Under the pieces are notes generated by a model that saw nothing but the letters and a program-made list of their open reading frames with translations, did not search any database and had not been told where the DNA came from. DNA of 11,896 nt from Candidatus Hermodarchaeota archaeon (GTDB lineage: Archaea; Asgardarchaeota; Hermodarchaeia; Hermodarchaeales; Hermodarchaeaceae), in the NCBI GenBank assembly GCA_016839365.1, contig JAEOUH010000019.1:1-11896 (forward strand), read 5' to 3'. Below are positions 6,921-11,896 of this stretch, in pieces. The number at the start of each line of letters is the position of its first letter. Positions within the stretch are counted from its first letter, which is position 1. The translations under genes were made by a program, and so were the position numbers.

Positions 6921-7010
6921 GGCTCTGTCGATACGGCTATCTTAAACCCGCCGAGGCCTCCGATTTGGAGCTGCGAGGAAAGTGGGTTCAGTCAAGACAG
7001 AGCCACACCT
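6921..7010 (+). ncRNA. Box H/ACA pseudouridylation guide sRNA (single hairpin, archaeal type), predicted target LSU rRNA helix 69
   Basis: Perfect 9-bp basal stem GGCTCTGTC (6921-6929) / GACAGAGCC (6996-7004), followed immediately by ACA (7005-7007) + 3 nt and a pyrimidine tract. Internal pocket 6930-6944 / 6989-6995. Upper stem AACCCGC/GTGGGTT. K-turn-like CCGA (6951-6954) / GCGAGGA (6973-6979). Apical stem CTCCG/TGGAG. 16 nt from pocket top to ACA. Pocket complementary to conserved LSU sequence UGACU..UCUUAAGGUAGCC. Confidence 0.8.
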
Positions 7011-7043
7011 CTTCCTTTATCCATCCTATTCGAGTTGTAAGTC

Positions 7044-8180
7044 ATGGAGATTACAGATCTTATCACACCGGCACTGATTATCGACAAAACTAAACTCCTG
7101 CGAAACATTCAATGGATGGCCGAAAAAGCGCAACGGAATGGGGTTCAGCTTCGCCCACATATCAAAACCCACAAATGCATAGAAATTGCCAATCTCCAAA
7201 ACGAGTATGGTGCAGAAGGTATCACTGTGTCCACATTGGGGGAGGCTGCCGTCTTTATAGATAATGGGTTCTCAGACGTCACCTTAGCTTACCCTGTCAT
7301 CCCAGACAAATTCTTGACCCTGCTCAAATTAGCCCAAAAAGCTCAGATAAATGTGGTTACAGATCACCCGACCGTTGCAACCCAACTCGAAGCCCAGTGT
7401 ATTGCCGCAGACAATATTCTTAATGTGTTAGTCAAAATCGACTGTGGGTATCACCGCTGTGGAGTCGACCCCAAGGATCCAATGGCACTCAAGCTCGCTA
7501 AGCAAGTCGCAGATGCTTCCCATCTCACCTTTGGGGGAATTCTAACTCATGCAGGTCATGCGTATCATGCCACTTTGCGGGAGGAAATCCAAACCATAGC
7601 GAACATTGAACAAGAAGTGATGCTTCAATTTACGAAAACACTACAAGATAACGGGCTAGCCCCTGAAACCGTATCAATCGGTTCTACTCCCACTATGATG
7701 CAGGCCCCCAACTTCAAACCGGGAATAACTGAAATCCGCCCTGGAAACTATGTTTTCTTCGATAATACCCAGGCCTTACTTGGTTCCTGTTCACTGGCAG
7801 ATTGTGCACTCACAGTACTAACAAGTGTAGTAAGTGTCCAGGATTCACATATCGTGGTTGATGCAGGAGCTACTGCCCTCTCAAAGGATGCAGGGGCCAC
7901 TCATATTTCTACACACCAAGGATATGGCCTCGTTTTCATACTTGGAGATGAATTCGAACCAACTGCAGCTCAAATCACCCAGCTTTCCCAAGAACATGGC
8001 AAAATCAAGTTCCCCAACTCCCACCACAAATCCCTCATACCTGGGGATCATCTACAAATAATCCCAAACCACTCATGCCTCACGGCTAACCTTTTTGATC
8101 AATATTACGTCATCGATAATAATCGGGTTATCACCACCTGGCCTATACACCGCAACCGGCTCCAGTCTCCTCTAGCCTAA
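7044..8180 (+). CDS. Fold-type III PLP enzyme, D-serine dehydratase (Dsd1)/D-threonine aldolase-like family
   Basis: TPALIID, LRPHIKTHK (PLP Lys), DCGYHRCG, THAGH, GSTPT, EIRPGNYVFFD, LSQEHG, IPNHSC (His/Cys Zn ligands). Confidence 0.9.
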   Translation: MEITDLITPALIIDKTKLLRNIQWMAEKAQRNGVQLRPHIKTHKCIEIANLQNEYGAEGITVSTLGEAAVFIDNGFSDVTLAYPVIPDKFLTLLKLAQKAQINVVTDHPTVATQLEAQCIAADNILNVLVKIDCGYHRCGVDPKDPMALKLAKQVADASHLTFGGILTHAGHAYHATLREEIQTIANIEQEVMLQFTKTLQDNGLAPETVSIGSTPTMMQAPNFKPGITEIRPGNYVFFDNTQALLGSCSLADCALTVLTSVVSVQDSHIVVDAGATALSKDAGATHISTHQGYGLVFILGDEFEPTAAQITQLSQEHGKIKFPNSHHKSLIPGDHLQIIPNHSCLTANLFDQYYVIDNNRVITTWPIHRNRLQSPLA

Positions 8181-8197
8181 ATCAAATCGAAGGTAGC

Positions 8198-9148
8198 GTG
8201 ACCGAAATAAAACAAACTGCGACCCTTCCTCCCTCATTACAAGAACGCTTCCAAATGCTACTAGGTGATGAATATCCACAATTCCTTGATGCGATATCAA
8301 AACCACCTACGCATTTCGTCCGAATCAATACTCTGAAAACAGATATCGATGCAGGTCTTAAGCAACTTAAGCAACTCGACATCACCTACTTACCACTCCC
8401 CTGGTACTCTGCTGGATTTCGGATATCAGGGAACCTTGAACACCTTCCCTTCACTAAAGAATATTCTCTTGGATGGTACTATATCCAAGAAGGCGGAAGT
8501 ATGCTACCCCCCGTCGTTCTCAACCCCCAATCCCACGATTCTGTCCTTGACATATGTGCTGCTCCTGGTTCAAAAACAACACAAATGGCCCAAATGATGA
8601 ACAATAAAGGAGCCATTATTGCAAACGACCGTTCCTTCCGCCGACTAACTAGTCTGGGACACAATATCCAAGTCTGCGGTATTATCAACACCATCACTCT
8701 CTGTCAGGATGGACGGCACCTTTCAACCCGGCTTCCGCTTCAGTTTGACCGAATTTCAGTTGATGTACCCTGTACTGCTTCAGGACATCTTCGGAGTAAA
8801 CCGCCACAATTTGAAGTTCCAGACCTACGACGCATCCTTGGAATACAAACCATTCAAAAAGGTCTGCTAACCGCCGCATTTCGCCTCCTCAAGCCTGAAG
8901 GCTCACTAGTCTATTCCACCTGTAGTATACACCCTGAAGAAAATGAAGCAGTGGTTGACCATCTACTTCGCAGTTCATCTGACGCGGTGTTAAAAATCCC
9001 TCAACTATCTAACTATCGCAGCCACCCCGGAATCACACAATGGAGTGACGTCCATTTTTCAGAAAAGCTTACTAAATGTTTACGCATCTACCCGCACGAT
9101 AATGACACTGACAGCTTTTTCATAGCTCTAATAAGGAAGGAGGCATGA
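8198..9148 (+). CDS. RsmB/RsmF/NOP2 family RNA cytosine-C5 methyltransferase
   Basis: RINTLK, YYIQE..S, DICAAPGSKTTQ (SAM motif I), DVPCTASG (motif IV Cys), YSTCSIHPEENE (motif VI Cys), RIYPH...DSFFIA. Confidence 0.95.
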   Translation: MTEIKQTATLPPSLQERFQMLLGDEYPQFLDAISKPPTHFVRINTLKTDIDAGLKQLKQLDITYLPLPWYSAGFRISGNLEHLPFTKEYSLGWYYIQEGGSMLPPVVLNPQSHDSVLDICAAPGSKTTQMAQMMNNKGAIIANDRSFRRLTSLGHNIQVCGIINTITLCQDGRHLSTRLPLQFDRISVDVPCTASGHLRSKPPQFEVPDLRRILGIQTIQKGLLTAAFRLLKPEGSLVYSTCSIHPEENEAVVDHLLRSSSDAVLKIPQLSNYRSHPGITQWSDVHFSEKLTKCLRIYPHDNDTDSFFIALIRKEA

Positions 9149-9645
9149 TGGCGCAAATAAAGGCATTAACTATGGATCTCGAAAGAGAAACCCATGTCTG
9201 GCAACTGCTCAAGAAACAATTTGGAATTCCTAAACTTGCAGGATATCGATTCTTGAAATCCGGGCGAAAACGAATCCGTCTAATCAGCGAAGCTGCTTTC
9301 AAACTTCTTTCCAAGCTTCCCTACACCGGAACAACAGGACTCTATATCGGTGAGTATTCACCGAAGGCCTTCCGGCTCTCAATGGATGGTGCCCAACTGC
9401 TCGGACATCATGCTACAAAACAGAAAGTGGAATTAACCGATGTTCAAGCTCAACAGTGGTTACAGGGGGAATCGGTTAATTATGAAGACATACAAAGAGG
9501 GTATGTAATCGTCATTCACAACAACACAATCCTTGGGTGCGGCAGTCTCTCTAAAGGTCTGCTTCGCAGCTTCGTTCCAAAGATCCGACGACTCAAACTA
9601 TCCGATCAGCTTCCTGGTGGAGAATGTTCATGTCAGTCACCATAA
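9145..9645 (+). CDS. Nip7-like / RsmF C-terminal PUA-domain RNA-binding protein
   Basis: GLYIGE....FRLS.DGAQLLG..ATK..VEL....A..W..GE.V, GYVIV.....ILGCG and FVPK.RR match the RsmF C-terminal/Nip7-type pre-PUA+PUA pattern. Overlaps the methyltransferase stop (ATGATG). SD AGGAGG at 9138-9143; the true start may be 9148. Confidence 0.8.
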   Translation: MMAQIKALTMDLERETHVWQLLKKQFGIPKLAGYRFLKSGRKRIRLISEAAFKLLSKLPYTGTTGLYIGEYSPKAFRLSMDGAQLLGHHATKQKVELTDVQAQQWLQGESVNYEDIQRGYVIVIHNNTILGCGSLSKGLLRSFVPKIRRLKLSDQLPGGECSCQSP

Positions 9646-11003
9646 CCATTTACGGGGGCGCAGGAGAAATCGGCGCCAACAAAATCCTAATCCACGATAA
9701 GGGATACGATACGAAGTTCTTCCTCGACTTCGGGAAATCTTTTGAAACCATGCGTAAGTTCTACGATTTCCCTGTCGCTCCACAATCTCTTGACGAGCTA
9801 ATTCAAGTGGGTGGTACGCCCGATATCCCCAACCTATACCATCAACCCTCTAAAAATGACCAACCTGCTTCTGACGTTGATGCCGTGCTTCTCTCTCATG
9901 CACACACAGATCATAGTGGCTATCTGCCATTACTAAATCGGAGCATTCCTATCCACATGGGTGAGTGCACCCGCATCATCTTTGAAGCCCGACTCCAAGG
10001 AACCCGAAAAACATTTGACACCGACATTGAAGGGCAAACCATCAACACCTTCCGCACTGGTAACCGAGTGAAAATCAATGGAATCGAGATCCAACCCGTC
10101 CATGTGGATCATAGTATTCCAGCAGCTTATGGTTTCATCATCTACTGTTCAGAAATTACCATTGTGTATACAGGCGATTTCCGTCGCCATGGCACACTGC
10201 CTCAGCTGACCGAAGATTTTGTCAAGGCAATCCAAAAGAGTGGACCACCCGATGTTATACTCACCGAAGGCACGAATATCGCAAAGGCCGAACTAGCGAC
10301 AGAGCAAGAAGTCCTCGAAAAAGTTACTACGATCGTCCGAGGCTGTAAGAGCCTCACAATCGCGGATTTCTCTGAACCCGACTTTGACCGGTTTCGCACC
10401 ATGCTATCAGCTGCTACCAGCAACGACCGAAAATTGGTTCTTGAACCACGACGAATGTGGATACTGAACGCCATTAACCATTGCCGAGATCTTCAGACCC
10501 CAAGCATCGCCAATGATACAGAAATTCTTTGGTTCGATGCCAAGAAGAAACGCGTCTCAAAGTACGAAAAATTACTCCAAAATGCAGATCCGCCTATCAA
10601 GAATCTTGATGAGCGTGCAGTGACGGCTAAAGACCTTCATAAACAACCGAACCGATACGTATTCTGTTCTAGTTTTGGCAGTATCAGCACCATGCAAAAA
10701 ATCAAACCACCTGAATCAGGTATCTATCTTCTGAGTGCATCAGAACCTTTCAATGAAGAGAGCGAAATCGGTTTCGATAAACTTCTAAATTGGCTCGCCC
10801 TATCTGGACTAGCAATGTACAATTCCCATTGCTCTGGGCACATCCATCCTCTACAGCTTTGCCAAACGCTTGAGGAAATCCGACCAAAGAATCTGGTTCC
10901 GATTCATACAGAAGCCCCGGAACTCTTCCAAAGGTTCGTTAAAAGTACAGGAATTCCTGTGCAAATCCCCAAACAAGGAGTTCCCCTCAAATTCTCTCCC
11001 TGA
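9630..11003 (+). CDS. Metallo-beta-lactamase/beta-CASP ribonuclease, RNase J-like
   Basis: YGGAGEIGANK, LDFG, SHAHTDH (HxHxDH), VDHSIP, YTGDFR, EGT, HCSGH, PIHTE. ATG 9630 is preferred over 9624 on SD spacing (GGTGGAG 9616-9622). Confidence 0.88.
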   Translation: MSVTITIYGGAGEIGANKILIHDKGYDTKFFLDFGKSFETMRKFYDFPVAPQSLDELIQVGGTPDIPNLYHQPSKNDQPASDVDAVLLSHAHTDHSGYLPLLNRSIPIHMGECTRIIFEARLQGTRKTFDTDIEGQTINTFRTGNRVKINGIEIQPVHVDHSIPAAYGFIIYCSEITIVYTGDFRRHGTLPQLTEDFVKAIQKSGPPDVILTEGTNIAKAELATEQEVLEKVTTIVRGCKSLTIADFSEPDFDRFRTMLSAATSNDRKLVLEPRRMWILNAINHCRDLQTPSIANDTEILWFDAKKKRVSKYEKLLQNADPPIKNLDERAVTAKDLHKQPNRYVFCSSFGSISTMQKIKPPESGIYLLSASEPFNEESEIGFDKLLNWLALSGLAMYNSHCSGHIHPLQLCQTLEEIRPKNLVPIHTEAPELFQRFVKSTGIPVQIPKQGVPLKFSP

Positions 11004-11008
11004 AGCCA

Positions 11009-11018
11009 TTTTTCTTTT
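11009..11018 (+). terminator. Oligo-T terminator
   Basis: TTTTTCTTTT 5 nt after the stop at 11003. Confidence 0.55.
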
Positions 11019-11032
11019 ATACCCGAAAGGGA

Positions 11033-11040
11033 TTTTAACA
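11033..11040 (+). promoter_or_regulatory. TATA box (with purine-rich BRE) for a probably leaderless transcript
   Basis: GAAAGGGA-TTTTAACA ending 24 nt before ATG 11065. No SD visible. Confidence 0.5.
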
Positions 11041-11064
11041 GGTTCACAGGAACCACGCCTCATT

Positions 11065-11896
11065 ATGTCGTTTCTCAAGGGTGTCTTCAGTGGAGATCCA
11101 GCGAAATCAGCTGCAAAACACGAAAAACGGGCAAGAAACCATCAAGCAGAAGGAAACGAAGTAAAAGCCGCTGATGAATGGGCCGCTGCTGGACGCTCCT
11201 ATACAAAAATCCCCGATTACCAAAAAGCCTACGAAGCTTTTCTTCAAGCCGCCCAATTCTACCTTGCTCTCAAAGATGACAAGCGCGAAACAGACATTCT
11301 CTTTGAAGCAGTTGATGCTGCCATCGCTAACCATGATTTCAATTCTGCTTCATCAGCACTAACCCAAGTCACACGCATAGGTACACGGAAAAATGATAAT
11401 GAGCTTCTTATACGGACTTACGCGCTACAAACGATTATGCTCTTTGCTGCAAATGATCTAGCTAAGGCGAAGCAAACCTATCGCGAAGCTGAAAAGGTCA
11501 AAAAACGCTTCGGACGAAAAAAGGCCAAAACACCTGTCTATCCTATCGCTTCCCTCCTTGTCAACCGTTTCATCGAAGGAGAAGGTGCTCCAGAGGATTT
11601 ACAAATCCCTTCACGCTTTGATGAATCTGAAACAGTAATCCAACTGCTTACCACCCTTCTAGCGCTTTATCAAAGTACACTTTCCTCACAACTAAGACTA
11701 TCGCTAGATAAGCAAGAAGTAAAAATCAAAGAACCTGTTTCGGGTCAGGTTACAATCAGTTTCTCTGAGGCTACTATAATCCTTGACACGCAAATATCGC
11801 TCCCTTCAAATATTGCCCTTCTCGAACCCATATCCCCTCCCAAAGAACCCATGAAACGGTTCAAAATACCCCTCCTAATGGAAGCGCGTTTACCAG
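11065..11896 (+). CDS. Partial (3'-truncated) hypothetical protein: TPR/alpha-SNAP-like alpha-solenoid followed by predicted beta-sandwich
   Basis: Not in ORF track. Open frame of 277 codons to the window end: MSFLKGVFSGDPAKSAAKHEKRARNHQAEGNEVKAADEWAAAGRSYTKIPDYQKAYEAFLQAAQFYLALKDDKRETDILFEAVDAAIANHDFNSASSAL...LRLSLDKQEVKIKEPVSGQVTISFSEATIILDTQISLPSNIALLEP... Confidence 0.8.
   Translation, partial: MSFLKGVFSGDPAKSAAKHEKRARNHQAEGNEVKAADEWAAAGRSYTKIPDYQKAYEAFLQAAQFYLALKDDKRETDILFEAVDAAIANHDFNSASSALTQVTRIGTRKNDNELLIRTYALQTIMLFAANDLAKAKQTYREAEKVKKRFGRKKAKTPVYPIASLLVNRFIEGEGAPEDLQIPSRFDESETVIQLLTTLLALYQSTLSSQLRLSLDKQEVKIKEPVSGQVTISFSEATIILDTQISLPSNIALLEPISPPKEPMKRFKIPLLMEARLP

Noticed and set aside
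6921-7010. Alternative readings of the hairpin as SRP RNA domain IV, SECIS, tRNA, MITE or terminator
   Set aside because: No GGAA tetraloop with the SRP internal loop, no in-frame UGA selenoprotein nearby, no cloverleaf/TTCGA, no target-site duplication, and it lies between divergent genes. The H/ACA model explains the stem, ACA, spacing and rRNA complementarity together.
6836-7093. 85-aa + strand ORF across the intergenic region
   Set aside because: No recognisable motifs or SD. It overlaps a promoter, the structured RNA and the start of the next gene in another frame.
10851-11362. ORFs 10851-11078(-), 11107-11334(-), 11174-11362(+)
   Set aside because: Superseded by the RNase J-like gene and the long open frame from 11065, which has a correctly spaced promoter.
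1-11896. CRISPR arrays, transposases, integrases, tRNA/rRNA genes
   Set aside because: No regularly spaced repeats or mobile-element motifs were seen, and the window is almost fully accounted for by CDSs with short spacers.

Overview
Archaeal chromosomal window (TATA/BRE promoters, oligo-T terminators, GGAG/GGTGA ribosome-binding sites, archaeal gene families). An Asgard-type host is plausible but is inference only. Gene order: 3' end of an ADP-forming acyl-CoA synthetase alpha subunit; thiolase + DUF35 partner; M20 amidohydrolase (-); CitG-like protein (+); a minus-strand two-gene operon encoding a U32-like TIM-barrel protein and an unusual DapA-family aldolase fused to formaldehyde-activating enzyme (Fae); a divergent + strand run of D-serine-dehydratase-like PLP enzyme, RsmF/NOP2 m5C methyltransferase, Nip7/PUA-like protein and RNase J-like beta-CASP nuclease; and a truncated alpha-SNAP/TPR-like protein missed by the ORF track. 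There are two main highlights. (1) The aldolase-Fae fusion lacks the DapA substrate arginine and suggests an undescribed pyruvate/formaldehyde aldol route coupled to H4MPT C1 metabolism. (2) An unannotated box H/ACA guide RNA at 6921-7010 has a pocket complementary to LSU rRNA helix 69 and its 3' flank, predicting pseudouridylation at the position equivalent to E. coli 23S U1923 / yeast 25S psi2266. No mobile elements, CRISPR arrays, tRNAs or rRNAs were seen.
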